Below, piece by piece: positions 50,907 to 63,802 of a DNA stretch of 64,000 nt. The stretch spans positions 163,243 through 227,242 of the forward strand of contig RHPI01001292.1 in NCBI GenBank assembly GCA_009103225.1, written 5' to 3'. Origin of the DNA: Chlorokybus atmophyticus. Taxonomy: Eukaryota > Plantae > Mesostigma and Chlorokybus algae. The notes under the pieces are model-generated. The model searched no databases and was not told the DNA's origin. It was given only the letters and a program-made list of their open reading frames with translations. The position numbers and the translations under genes are program-made. The first letter of the stretch is position 1, and the number at the start of each line of letters is the position of its first letter.

Positions 50907-52350
50907 TTATTGCCTCTCGTATGTCATCTTCTCTACCTGTGCGACAGCATGCACTGTTACTCCACATAACCAAGCACACGCATGACGAAGCAACGATGTA
51001 TGCTCTGCACACATGCACCGCATTGCATGATCTGTACACTAACCTTGACCAACATGCTGGATGGAAGCCAAGCGGGTGGGTTAGGAATGCCCGCCCATGC
51101 AACCTGCAAGGTACAATGCGCGCGTGAAGTCACAACCAACTCCGATGGGTATCAAGTTACAATCAGGAATTATGTTTGTCTATGCTACTGTCTGCATCGG
51201 GTGCAAGATGCTCACCAAACAGTATTCACCAGCCTCAAATTGCCTCACATCAAGCACCTGCACCAAGGCACACCATCTGTGGCCACATTGATACGCAGAG
51301 GCTTCACGAACTACAATAGAAAAGACTGCACTGTGCGCCCAACCCTTAAGCACAAGTTGCGCATGCACCTCATATGACTACATGTCATGCAAACTTCGTG
51401 CAGGTTCCCCATACAAAACGTAAGCAGCGTTTACGGGATGACAGATGATACACATGATTGCTGAAGCACCAGTTACAGCAAGTCAAGCGGTACCTCTCCT
51501 CGATGTTCAAAGATGTACTGGATGCCGGAATAACTCAACGGCTGGTTGGCATAATTCTGCAGACAGATAGGGGTTCACAGAGAGTACTACTGCGCATTCA
51601 GTAAATGTGTGCAGGCAAATTCCAGCAGTTACAACTCACACATTATGACACGCGAACCCTCAGGTACATTTGCTACAACCGTACACAATGCAGACGTTTC
51701 TGCCAGTTGCGAGTGGCAGACAACTGACTGGACGCTACACAGCAAGGGCGGTGGGGCAACACCATCAACGTTGAGTAATATGCTAACCTCTTTGCTGTTG
51801 GCATACTTTTCCTCCTCTACTCGCACGATGTCACCCTTCGCACCTGCAAGCACAGGGTTTTCGTCAGCATTGCTCAAGCAGCATCTTGCTGGTTTACAAT
51901 GTCACACCCGTCATGCAAATGCGCATACTAACGTGCTCGCTCAACTCACAAACTAGGCAATTTCTGGGGATCATGTCGTAAAGACAGTGCGCGGTGTCAT
52001 TAACATTATCAACATTATGACGCAAGACCACGCGCAAATGCAAGACATGCCTTCCGCATGGCGTGAATAAGTGCGATGCTAGCAGTGTGCACAGAGTATT
52101 CATAGTCAACGCAGCACATACGGATAGCTTTCGGCTTGGCATCAGCCTTAGCCGGCTTTGCGTCTTCTTTGCTGGCAACGTCAGCGGCGGCAGCGAGCAC
52201 CCTGAACTGCAGGCTACGGCAAGCTGCCGGGCGACCAGCACCAAAGCCACCCCTGCTGCGTGCAGAAACAGGCACACGCACAGCAGCCACGGGAGCCACC
52301 ACCCGCGCCGACACAGACGCACCGACGGACGTCACAGCCGCCAGCATCAT
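50907..52350 (-). CDS. ndhO: Chloroplast NDH complex subunit O (start 52350; an upstream in-frame ATG exists at 52389)
   Basis: Transit peptide, then RAKGDIVRVEEEKYANSKE|NYANQPLSYSGIQYIFEHRGE|VLDVRQFEAGEYCL|VAWAGIPNPPAWLPSSMLVK|VEKMTYERQ*. Confidence 0.92.
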
Positions 52351-52696
52351 CGCCGCCAACGCCGCTGCCGAGCAGCCACAATGCCCCACTCTAGGATTAG
52401 GGCTTCAGCTCACGGCTTTAGCGTGCGGCAAGCGTGTTCGCGCGTGTTTCGTAGCGTGCAACGCCGCAAATGCACTGTGAGTCGCAGTGTGAACTGAGGC
52501 GTGTTCAGTGACCAGGGCGTGTCCAGCTAACCCTGGCTGTAACTACTCGGTGGCAAGCCGCCGTGAATTGGGGTGGAAGCGGCGGTGGCGGTTGCGCTTG
52601 CGCAGTGGAAGTGGAGGCGTGTGGCGGGCTTGGTCAGCTGCTGGTTGCTTGTGCAATGCGGACAACAGGGCTGTGGCCAGTCATGTTGCTGGTGTG

Positions 52697-55600
52697 ATGG
52701 GTTGGCGCACGGCTGGCACCGCCTTGTTCCTGACTGTTGTGCTGGTGTGCCTCTCCACCCATGGACAGGTTGTCAGCCACAGCGGCAACAGTAGCAATGG
52801 GACGCAAGGTATGTTGTTTTTAAGTTTACATGTTCCTTGCTGTGTGCACACAATTCGCGCTACTGAGCAGGTTGTGCTGTGAGGTTTAGGCACTTTCTGT
52901 TTGCGGTTGTCAAACTTGTTGTCGCCCCACGGTGTGCGCTGAGCCCAATCATGTTTGATTTCTTTGCACAGCATCGCTGTCGGAGGAAAGCAAGCTGCAC
53001 ACCAGCCCAACAGCGTTAGGTCACAATCAGCAAGACGCAACGAATGGTGCTGTAAGGAATGGTAGCTTGGCCGAAGAACCCAGCAGCCTGAAAACCGCAG
53101 TGCAGCAGAATGATGCTGACGCAAGTGCGGAACTGCTTCCAGCAAACGTTGTTGAGGAAAGCTCAGAGACACGGAGTACAGCTGATGCAAGTACAAGAGT
53201 GGAAGAGGTGCAAGCAGCAGTGCGCATGCCTTCTTTGGAGCGCAGCGTGTCTAGCCAACTCAGTTGCAATACTTCAAAATATGCAGTGTCCTACACACCG
53301 GACTGGTCTTGGCGTCTTGCTGACTGGTGGCATGGAGTGTCTCCAGTTGATAGCGTGCAGCATCTGGTAGAGGACACGAGTAGCAGCACGCAGCATGAGC
53401 CGCCAACCCCGGCACCAGCTGAAAAGCAGTACAAGCAAAGGATTCTGCCGTTTGGGGAGTACCGGCGCATGAACGAGATTGTTCAGTTGAAGGAAGTTGA
53501 CTCTGTACTGGGGCAAATGCGACGCGCCAAGTTGGCGCACTTGGACGACGGCTCGCGCTTCAACTACGCTGCTGCAGACTTCGGAGCTAAGGTTTGAAGG
53601 TTCAAGTCAGCGGTGTTGTTATATTGTTGGTGTGCAACCGATAAGCTGCAATACAGACAGGTTTCACTTGAACTTGCTCAATGGATATGTTGTGTGCAGG
53701 TTGTTGCAGCCAATGCCGGCTCCAAAAGCGCGTCTGCAGTGTTGAGTAAAGATCGCGACAAGTACATGCTCAACTCGTGCAGCGCACCAGAGAAGTGGGT
53801 GGTCATTGAGTTGTCTGAAGAGGCACTTGTGGACACCGTGGCGCTCACGAACTACGAGCTGTTTTCGTCCTCAGTCAGGGATTTCCAGGTAGTCGTTGTG
53901 TCTGTAGCAGAGTGCGTGTACTGCGGAGCTCATGCATGGAGTGCTCGCTTGGTGCATGCGTGGCAGGAGTTCATGCTTCGTTGCAAAACTGTATATGTAC
54001 ATACGTCGTGTCTCTCACCGTCCCTGCCTTTGTGAATGGGTGGTCAGGTACTAGGCAGCAGAACATACCCCACCAGCGAGTGGCTGCTGCTTGGAGAGTT
54101 TGAAGCACAGCGCGCCACGCAGAAGCGAGTAACACAGAGGTTTGAGATCGAGGAGCCCGTCGCCTGGGTGCGATACATACAGCTGCGACTCTTGTCTCAT
54201 CATGGGGAGGAACCATATTGCACGCTGTCTTATGTGGAAGTCTTTGGCGTGGATGCCCTTGAAAGCTTCAAAGCGGTAAGACATATAGGACAGCAGCTCA
54301 TACCAACTCCTGCCTTCCCTCTCCTCAATGCTGACGTCATTGCAACTTGCTTCCATGCTCAGGAAATGGCCCTGATGACAGAAGAAGTTCGAGAGGTCAA
54401 TGAGAATGCCATGCGCTCGCAAGTTGTCAGAGAGGCTGATAAGTCGCCAGCAAGTCAGCTCGACATCAAAAATAAAAGCGCGGAACAGCCAGCTCACAGC
54501 ACCCATTCTGCCGGAGAGGGACAACCCAGCGGCGAGCATCTCAGTCTACCCCTCAAGGATGTTGCAAACAGCCAGCCACACGAGTTTGTATCAGAAGGCA
54601 TAACATTCACAGTGCCTCATGGTTCACCCAGTGACACAACAGAGGGTGCAGCAGTTCCACAGGTCAGCAAGGTTTTGGGTGACATCTCGCTGGTATTGTG
54701 TGTGGGTGCACATGTATATGTGTGTAAGTGCAGACAAAGGCTTGCCTGTAACCTTCTCGCGCTGGCTGCCAATCTCATGTTGTGTTTGTACAGGCCCAAG
54801 CAAAGCCGTTTGAAAGAGGGGATGCCCAGACGGCCGATGGCAACCCGTTGGAGGGCTCCGTTCGCCTGGAGGGTTTGCAGGTGGATTCGCAGCTGCTCGC
54901 TGAGGCCATGGACAAGCCTCTCGTCATGGACAAAGCCCCCAGCGCAGGAGTCAAGGACGTTTCCAACACTACCGAGGACAAGGCACCTGCGGCTGCAGCC
55001 AAGGCCAGTGCCAGTAGTCAAGTCGGCGCAGTGTCAGCCGGACCAGTCACAGCGGACAATATATTCAGAACTCTCATCTACAAGATCAAGTCACTGGAGC
55101 TCAACCAGTCGCTGTTCGACAGGTACTGCCCGATGCGACTTATTGTGATGCATTGGTTATCTGGTTATCTTACATATCTCAGCCCAGGTGAGTGCAACTT
55201 TGTTTTCCTTTCTGACAGGTACTTGGAGGACATGAATAAGCGGTATTTGGATACCTTTGAAGAATTTGATGTTGAGCTTCGCACATTGGAGGGCTCATGC
55301 CAGGAAGCTAAGGATGGTGTGGCTTTTTTGAGTGCGAAGCTGGCAGCTCTGGAGCAAAAACAACAACAAAACATCTTGTCAGTGCAAACCCAGCTGAAAG
55401 CTGCAGTGCAGGAGCAGGTACACAATCAAAGCGAAAAGCATATTTTGACGTATGACATACATAGTGTGCACATTGCGTATGGATGCACTCAATTAGCAAG
55501 GGTTGCAATGCACTTGGATAACATAAGATTGGCTGGGTGGCACGCACTATGTGTTTGTATTCTCCGTTACAAGCACTCTTGTTCTACAGGCCATTGTGTT

Positions 55601-55817
55601 GTCCGCTGCGATGGATGCCTTGCGACTGTCGATGCTACGCATGCTGCTGCTTGCAGCTGCCGGAGCAGCGACTTTGGTCATATGCGTTTTAGCGTTGACT
55701 TGCAGCCAATCTCGAGTGGTTTGCTACGAACCAAAGCATCTAACAGAAGTTTTGGCTGAAAGCACCGTCACAGGCGGTCATAACCCAGTTTTCACCAGCA
55801 GCACGTCCTGTTCGTAA
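52697..55817 (+). CDS. Mid-SUN domain protein (SUN3/4/5, Slp1/SUCO-like)
   Basis: N-terminal hydrophobic segment; FNYAAADFGAK|VVAAN..VLSKDRDKYMLNSC..WVVIELSEE..NYELFSS..LGSRTYPT..W..LGEF..HHGEEPYCTLSYVEVFG; NIFRTLIYKIKSLELNQSLFDRYLEDMNKRY coiled coil; C-terminal TM segment. Confidence 0.9.
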
Positions 55818-56766
55818 TTGTTCATAGAATGCTTAGGCTAGTCACTAGTTGGTATGTTCATCTTTCCGGCATAAGTTATTCGCTGGCTTAGTTGTTCTCT
55901 CTCTGTACAATGGCTCGTTGTCTAATTGGTAGCTAGTGTCAATAGCATTGTATTTATGCAATAAGCTGTGCTTATGCGCAAACACATGGTCACAGTGTAC
56001 TGGTTACATGTCGTTTGAGTGATGGTTACCCTGCAACCTTCATACTGGACCGGCTCGGTAGAATGTACTGTTGTACTGGCAGAGGTTGCTTATCAACAAC
56101 AGCACTATCAAGCAGCACCTGCTGATGCCTCTGTAGGGTCGAGGTGACACCGAGTCGCCATTGCTGCCTGTGCTGCACATGCCACAGATGCTACTCGCGG
56201 TTTGCAAGCATAGTCATACCCAAGCGCGTAAGGTATATATATATATATATATATATCTTACGCACTTCATGCACATGAGTAAATGGCTGCACCGCGTCTA
56301 TACACATTGCTTTTGGCATTGACTGTTCGCCGTGCATGTGGGAGTGCATATTAAACATGCTGCTTGTGCGCATAATGCCCTACTGTATAGGGTATGTGAA
56401 GTGCTGTGTGAGACACACGCATACATATGCCACATGCACACCAACACTCACATGCACACTACCAATTCAGTTCATCAAGTTGTACACCATCACTGTGTAC
56501 AGCCATTTACTCAAGCAGTACACGATGGATGGAAGTGTCCTGATGAACCTGGAGTGACATCCTGCAAGACAACCACCATTCCACACAGTGCAGACAATGA
56601 CCTTTGTATGCGCAATCGCCTTCCGCATTAATCTTGCCACAATACAATTAACCGACTTGGACCAGTACCACAACATGCATACAATGGCATGCACTTATAT
56701 ACAGCATCCAGGAGTCTAACAGCAGTCATTACCCAAATTGGTAAGCACAAACCGAAACAAGGAGGG

Positions 56767-59700
56767 CTATTGCGGTGCAGGCGCCGCAGAAGCTTCTGCT
56801 GCGGCTGATGAGCCAAAGGCCTCAGCGGCCACATCGGGTGCGATGGACAGGACTACCTTCCGCGACGCTTCGTAAAGGCTCTCTGTGCTTCCAATGGAGT
56901 CTCTCGTGAGGAAGCCCCTGGTGGACATGACAAGCACCATGTTCTTGACCATCTCGGGGATGGTCTCCAGCAGCTGTTCGCTGCGGGGCGCGGCACGGAG
57001 GCTCTGGTCCATGCAGCCAAGGATGTGCAGCCAGAGCAGCCGGAACTCCGGCGGGCTCTCGCTCAACCTTGGCAGCCACTGCAGGAACGTTTTTGACAGC
57101 ATGGTCATGGCCACCTTCAGCGAGGTGCCCATGTCACCGTACTCGCCGCTGCGCTTCTTGGCAAGCTCCAGCACATCTCTCAGCATGGGAGCTACTGCCT
57201 GCAGGAGGACAAGCGCACAGACAAATCAACACGGGTTCGCACCAAGTGTTGATATGCTTATGGCAGCGCTGCCATGTGAACTCGCAGCTCACCTTGTCAT
57301 AGCAGGCATAATACACCGAGGCGGGTATGCCGGCCGACTCCGCTGCGAGCAACACGCGCTGCAACATCGTCAGTGAATGGTTGCGCACCGGCGCTCTGGG
57401 CTCCGCGCCCAAGCGGCAGAAGGCGCCAACAAGCGGCAGCCACAAGTCGATCAGGCTTTGCGTGCTGTCGCGATCCGGACTCTGAATAGCCTTCGACCAG
57501 CGGCACAGATTGCCAGTCATAGCACCCAAAAGATCGAGAGCCTTCAACGACCGGTCTGCTCCACCCAAGCGACCCTCTGCGTAGCACAGATAACAGATGT
57601 TTGTAGTACGACACAACATGCGCGCACTGGGCAGCTGTGCACTCAAGTTGTTATAGCCAATCAGACCTGTGGCTTACCAGCAAATGCTAAGCCTGCCTCG
57701 AGGCAAGGCATGAAGTTCGATGGAGTGATGTGAGCGCCATCAGCCATGAGGAACGTCAACGCTTCAAATCCAAGCTCTGCAGCATCGGGGTGATGTGCAG
57801 TCATAGCCAGCAATGCGCATACTGTCCTCCAGCCCAGAGGCGACTTGATGTAAGTCACGTCGCGCCGAACCAGCTCGAGAACCTCTGCTGTAATGCGCTC
57901 AGCATACGCATCAGCAACCTGCCATGAAGTTCAGTGTGACCCACAAATAATGTTAGGTCATATAGCACAACTAGTTGCACCTTTGCGTCAAGCTTCAGTA
58001 TGAGCTGAAGCGACCGCAAGAGTTCATCTGCGATGACGGCCTTGTACGGCAGAAGGCGTTGGCAGACTTTGAGCAAGTCAAACACCGCCTTCTCAACCAA
58101 CGGCCCTGGTGCTTGTGCGCATGCAATGATGCCGGCAAGTCGGTCAGAAACCTGCACAGATAAACTCGCATTGAGCACAGCACCCTGCGCGATGTTCTGG
58201 TGTGCTCAGCTTGCACTAGTGCACGGCAAAAGCGCTGTGCGACATACCAGGGGCCAGAGAAGCAGGATGCGATCCCGATTGTGCAGCGTGATGGCAATCA
58301 GCAGATCCAAGCAGAAGACAGCAGTATCTTCATCATCCTGCAATCACACAGCTGCTATTAGCTACCTATACCCAGCAATATATATGAGTATCTGGCTACA
58401 ACAAGAAGTCCAAGGATCACCTGTGAAGCCTGGCCAGCCTTATATGAGCGTCCAGATGCCCATATGAGGGCCTTGGCCAGTTGTGCCAATGACTCCGCCT
58501 TCAGGAACTTGCTTTCTGAAAAGATGTCATCTATCCGGCATGCCTCTATGCACCGAACGGTCCGCTGCCAAGTAGGACACATTGAGCCACGGGGCCATGC
58601 AAGATACGGAAGTGCTATGTAAGCATACTCAGCTGAGAGATTACTCAAGCTACCAATACCTGCAGTGCTTCTACTTCTGCCTCAGTGGGGCCATCCCGAC
58701 CAGACGAGCTGGGATCGAACGACCAGAAGCCAATGAGCTTGCTGAGCGAACTTGAGCTTCGCCTGCTGGAAGCTGACACGGGTGTCCCCGTTCCCCCGTT
58801 CGAGACATGTGGTGGGGTATCCGTCCCCGTGGTCGTGGGTGCATCTGTGTCACTCTGCGGGGATTGTTGAGTTGGAACATCTTGAACACACAACGTACCT
58901 GACATGAAGTCCTGTGCACAAGGACTGAAGAAATAGCAACATACCTGCTCGATCACACGCGACGGCAGTAGTCCCAGCTTGTGCAAACGCAGGATGCAGT
59001 CAAGAATGTTGCGCCATCCTGCGCGGATGTAGTCTCCGCACTTGTTAGCGATTGAAAACACAGTTACGGCCGCCATACGGGCCTTGGTGTCGTTGCCAAA
59101 TGCCACAGACGGCTTCTCAGCAGTAGGGTTCAGGAGTGTTGTGAACTTGCACAGCGATATCACGAGGTTATCCAGGACATCCTCCAAGCGATGATGCGCG
59201 GCAACTTTCGCTATGGAGATGAAGCCATCGAGGCATTCCCTCAAGACGTCCTCATCTTCAGTGTGGTCAAACACCACAGAAATGGCAGCCACAGAGGGTC
59301 CCCACATGATCACAAACATGTCTCTGTCATACAGCGTGCTCAGTCCGCACGGTATGAACTTCCCGCCAGTCTTGGCTCGCTTCAGCAAGTCAACCCAGCG
59401 GCTGGGACTCATCTGTTAGGCAGACTCTTGTCAGTCTGATGCACGCATAGAGACTGGAAAATGTTTGTGCAGGGCATTGCGTATATAACCCATGTCTTAC
59501 TTCATGTGATACAACGGCTGCTTCGCTTGATATCTTGATCTCATTCTTAGCAATAGAGTGATACAGCTCTTCAAGCATATCCCTCGGAAGGTCTTGCCCA
59601 GCATTGATCTGGCGGTTGTTGCGGATGAACTCTTCCATGGTCATCTTTTTCTTCACCTGCGGTTTACAGAGTGTCAGCATGTTGATACATAAAGTACATG

Positions 59701-62677
59701 AGAAGTAGCGCTCAACCATGGCTTCACACTTCAAACAACTTTGTAGTGAAAGTGACATGACCCCAACCTGCCCGTTGTGCAGATCAGTGTTGAGCATGAT
59801 GCAGGAGTAAGACAGGACATAGGCTGCATCGGCATTGGCATAGGTGTTGCTGGCATGTCGATGGTACTGTTCGGCAAAGGTCTCCATGATGCGGGCAATC
59901 TTTTGAGCTTCACCCGGCAAACGGAAGCTGTCCAGGAACGTGCGCAGCGCGTAATCCAGAGACATGTCTGAGAAGTCAAACATCGACGCAAACTCCTTCA
60001 ACACCTGCAAGCAACTCCATGTCACTTGTTAAGCATGGATTCACCCCTCACTTACTTGACATGCAACTGTTGTATACACACCTTGATATTGAACTCCCCA
60101 GGGTCTCCAAGGTACTCACCAACTGCTGTTTTGTTCAGCTTGGGTGTGTAGCGGAACAACTGAGCCACTGCCATTGACTCCAACGGCTTGGGCAGCAGGC
60201 AGATGCTTTGCAAGAACTCAAACCCCTTCTTGATGTCGCGATTGAAATGGTCAACCCCAACCATGAGCCTGCGCTTGGTGTACTTTCGTCTCCGTAGAAA
60301 GTCAGCCCGTGCCTACAGCAGATAAGAATCAATCAATGCACGCCAACACGCTTCCTAGAGCAGTCCACAGATTACTGGTAACAAATCGTATGTTGCTGGG
60401 AATATGTTGAGTAAGTCAGCACCTGAGGGTCTTCAGGTCCAGGACATGGAGCTGTCCAATAGTCAACATACTCAGTTGCATCAGTAAGCGGGAACATGAC
60501 AGGGCCAACGGCTGTTGAGCCGCCGGAGGCCAAGGCAATCGCTTGCGCGTCACGAGCGGCTCGCTCGGCAATGCTGTGGACGATCGCCAGCAAGCCTTCC
60601 AGAGAGAGCAAATGGATGCCAGACAGTGGGCTGTTTACTGGGAAAGCGTTCTTTGACAATAGGGCAAACAGGTCTTCAAACACATTGCTGAAGCGAAGAT
60701 CGCAGTCTAGGTTGGAGTACATGTCACTCATGAAAGAAGCCTGGCGGCAGAAGTCAACAATGCACTCAATTGCAGCTTCCTGCACAGCCATGGCCATACA
60801 GGGTGAGTTGTGGACTTGTATGACAGAGTTAGACACAATGAGCCATAGTGAAGGCCGACCTGCTGCTCGTACGAAGGTGCCCCTTTGCCTTCAGCAACTC
60901 GCAACAACACATGCGTGAAAAACGCTTCCAACTGCAACTTCAATTGTTCACGGCAGTGCACGTACAGGTTGAGCAGTATACCACATACGAAGGAAAGAAC
61001 AGACAGGTTGGATGACAACCCGGCCTTGGTAAGGTTGTAGAACAACTCGTTCTGTACCACTGTAAGCAACTACAACAAAGAACGACATCAGTAAGCGCAC
61101 GGAACGCGCAAGAGTGCATGGCAATTGCTCAACAGTTGTCCGCACCAGTGGATGGGCAGCAAAACAGCAACCTCCAGTTTCAAGCGCTGCGTTGACCAAG
61201 GCCAAACCAAACAAGCACAGGTCCTCTGCCTCTCGCGTCTCCTCAGGTGTGATGAGAGAAGCCATGAACTTGAACACCTCTACCATGCACGACACCGAGT
61301 AGGGAGGCGCAGAATGGTCCGAAGGGGGTGCATCATTGTACCCCACATCATTCACATGCTTCCAATGGTTTGAATCAGCCTTGATGATATCATTGGATGG
61401 CGGCAGGGCACCTTGGGATGAAGGTGTATCTGCAGGACCCGCTGCTGATCCCCCATTTGTGGCAGGTGCAGACGCATCAGCTGGCGCCACAAGCGCAGGC
61501 CTAGGCCACGGAGACTTTGGCGATTGAGGTTGCTTTGTTGCATCTTGCGTTGCAGAAGCAGTAGAGGGCTTGAAGTCCACCAGTCTGCGGAAAAGTACCT
61601 TTTCAGCATTTACTGAAAAGGCATCCAGGTGCAATGATCCACGCTGCACTGTCCTCACCTTCTGAACAGGGTTCTGACCATCTCTTGCATAATCTGCCTT
61701 GCTGTACGCCTGAGCAACTCGCTTTCTCGGCCAGTTTGATGGCCAATACGAAAGCACGTCTGTATGATGTGGCACACATCGTCGTCCGATAAAAGGGCTC
61801 CAGCTGGGCACCTCAGACATGCCAGCAGGACCTGCCATGCACACAAGCAAAGGTCAGCCGCATATACTAATGATGCCACAACTTACACACAAAATGACAA
61901 TCAAACATAAACCACAGGACAGAACAGAAGCCAACAACAGACTGAACAACAACCACACAAACGAAGGGACCGGCGCTGTCAAACACAATACATCATGCCA
62001 ACCTGCAAAATCTTCATGAGCACAACTTCATCTGAGCCCGGATCTGTTGCTTCAAACCGGCAGTGCGTCGTGGCATCGGCAATCATGCGAATAGCTTCAT
62101 TGGCATTTACAACGTGCACGCCAATGACGCCATAGGTCACCAGCTTGAATATGGCCGACAGAGCCATCCCCGTAATTGGTCCGCTTGTCTCAACAGACCT
62201 TACGACCTCCAAAAAGGGCCCCAGATATAGCAGAGGATCGACCTGGACAGGCGGATTGTCTGACTGGGTATGTCAACAAAGCTCACACCCACAAAAGTAT
62301 CACTACTACAATGTATCACCTGTGACCAGTCCTGCCAAGCAAAAATCTGCCTTCGCAAAGCCTTGAAGTCCTGCCGCACACAGCCAAAAGCTTATGCATT
62401 GCCGCACTTGTAACTCATCCTGTCTGCAAGTAAAACTAAAAAGAGCAGTGACTGCATTCGTGCTTGCACAGTCGATTGTCTGTGCGAGCTGTACCTGCAA
62501 CAGAGGGTCATCATTGGCTTCGTCGTCAGTGAAGCGTGGCACCACAGCCCATTTTGCGTTCTGCCGCATCATGGCCATGACTCCTTGAATCTCGGCGTTG
62601 AGCAGGCTGGGCACATGCATGCCGTATGTAGGGTCCTCGACCCCACGAAGAGCAGTGGAGATCATCATGGCTGTCAT
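56767..62677 (-). CDS. GNOM: GBF1/GNOM-type large ARF guanine-nucleotide exchange factor (DCB, HUS, Sec7 and HDS domains)
   Basis: EIQGVMAMMRQN; FLEVVRSVETSGPITGMALSA; CRFEATDPGSDEVVLMKILQ; LKLQLEAFF; MYSNLDCD; HFNRDIKKGFEFLQ; FRLPGEAQKI; YSCIMLNTDLHN; KKKMTMEEFIRNNR; IDDIFSESKFL; PLVEKAVF; VRNHSLTMLQR. Confidence 0.96.
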
Positions 62678-62727
62678 TTTATCTGCCTAACAGTGCAAGG
62701 CTAATAAGCCCTGTTGAGTGCAGCGTC

Positions 62728-63032
62728 CTACATAGGTTTCTGGTAGACGTTCTCATCCAAAAACTCCTCGATCTTCTTCTTCAGCATATTGCCCACTGTC
62801 TCCTGCACCAACAGGTGCGTATCGTCCAGATCTGCAATGACAAACTTCTCGCTGGGTTTCATCTCATCATTGACTGAGAGTATGTATTGCTTGGTCGGAA
62901 TGTCACTGCAATATATCACCTTCGTCAGTAATCCGTGACTAACAAGAGGATGGTTGACTGCCAACACAAACGTGGCTGTTTGACACCCCACACTTACCAC
63001 TCAATAAACAGCCCCTTCAAGGCAATCACCAT
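62728..63032 (-). CDS. TFB5: TFIIH subunit p8/TFB5 (GTF2H5/TTD-A)
   Basis: Two coding exons: MVIALKGLFIEC|DIPTKQYILSVNDEMKPSEKFVIADLDDTHLLVQETVGNMLKKKIEEFLDENVYQKPM*. Confidence 0.93.
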
Positions 63033-63679
63033 GCTGCGCAAATCATCTCATCAACCTTCCTGACTTCGCTGAAGGACCTGAGAATATGACAATGGTAAAA
63101 GTTGCACATGGTGGTAAAAGCCAACCCTGACCTAGTGCAACACAAAGAGTGCGCACTCAGCATGACTGGACGGCCTGCAATCACGTGTGCTGCTGGCGTA
63201 CAACTAAGTCGGCATATAGGACGTAATGCGCCGCAAACGCTTGCAAAGACAACCAGCTTCTGACTATCTCTCTCTGTCGCAGCAATGCGGACCAGCACAC
63301 AAATCAGAATTCGCCTAGGACGGTTACAAGCATGCTATAACTCGCTGCGCATGGAAGCTATCTGAGTGTCCGTGGGGAACCCACTCCACGCAACAATTTG
63401 TATGCTGAACATAGTTGACTTTAAGTGGATACAAGCACAACAGCAAATAAAGCAGTGTTCAGACCCTTGTCGCCCATCAAGGCAAGAAGGATAAACAGAT
63501 CAGCAGCTTACCGCTGTTTGCAGCCCGTTCCTGCTGAGTTTGACAACACAACCCGGTGTGCCCAAAGGTTCCACGCAGCAGGCGCCCCTACCTACAGTCT
63601 CTCCTGCCGCCCGGCGCCGCCCGCCTGAGAAGGAGCGTTGGTTGATTTGACACAGTGCCCAGCTGGCAGTGGAGAAATG

Positions 63680-63688
63680 AAACCCTAA
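63680..63688 (+). promoter_or_regulatory. Telo-box (AAACCCTAA) in the TFB5-GNOM / NDUFA1 divergent promoter
   Basis: Exact AAACCCTAA between the TFB5 5'UTR exon (donor near 63510) and the NDUFA1 ATG. Function is inferred from plant telo-box biology. Confidence 0.4.
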
Positions 63689-63802
63689 TCCAGGTAGTGC
63701 CGTAAAGTGCACGGAGCTAAGCCGTACTGTGCTACGTGGCAGCGGCGGCGGCGGCGGCGGTGATCAGTCTGTCCGTCTCCTTGTCCTTGACCTGCGGACG
63801 CC

